64,000 nt of DNA, from NCBI GenBank assembly GCA_965249275.1, contig CBDFLQ010000005.1, forward strand, positions 128,001 through 192,000, given 5' to 3'. The stretch comes from Dehalococcoidia bacterium (GTDB lineage: Bacteria; Chloroflexota; Dehalococcoidia; Plut-88900). This document shows, piece after piece, positions 63,887 to 64,000 of this stretch (the stretch's first letter is position 1; the number at the start of each line of letters is the position of its first letter). The translations under genes were made by a program, and so were the position numbers. Under the pieces are notes generated by a model, which saw nothing but the letters and a program-made list of their open reading frames with translations, made no database searches and had not been told where the DNA came from.

Positions 63887-64000
63887 CCCGAACTCCTTTC
63901 GACGTGGCCTCTTCCCGTACCAAATGCGCCGCAAGTATACCTTACACTCCCTATCCCATCTTTCCTCAGAATAGTCCTGGGGCTGTAGCCCGACACGCAA

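Noticed and set aside
63887-64000. Longer HicB ORF from the window edge
   Set aside because: This stretch is the duplicated gdh promoter; the RBS supports GTG 63886.

Overview
GC-rich bacterial chromosome segment, most likely Chloroflexota class Dehalococcoidia (SAR202-like). The evidence is the dnaA-obgE-nadD-(convergent gyrB) order without dnaN, plus paired luciferase-like monooxygenases, CaiB CoA-transferases and an enoyl-CoA hydratase. The window spans the probable oriC (35.25-35.65 kb) and housekeeping genes (fmt, dnaA, obgE, nadD, gyrB, ruvA, ruvC, yebC, rimM, khpA, rpsP, pstSCAB-phoU, malic enzyme, gdh). Accessory content: (1) a giant membrane-anchored triple-transglutaminase/HEAT/Ig-like gene split by one in-frame UGA that is followed by a SECIS-like hairpin; (2) a candidate nitrogen locus where amt sits inside a CP-ATP-grasp/alpha-E operon, next to a partner-switching module and a nucleobase permease fused to a degenerate anti-sigma-kinase domain; (3) two paralogous unknown ORFs sharing a LexA-box-like promoter; (4) a short mini-element nested inside several different REP-like hairpin families; (5) a low-GC three-gene cassette with a Cys/His peptidase-like gene behind a decayed tRNA-Val; (6) two hicAB loci whose toxins are broken, one carrying a copy of the gdh promoter and 5' end; (7) a degenerate GGDEF-RHH gene heading the pst operon, which ends in a PhoU-DUF47 fusion. 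All calls come from reading motifs by eye; no database searches were run.
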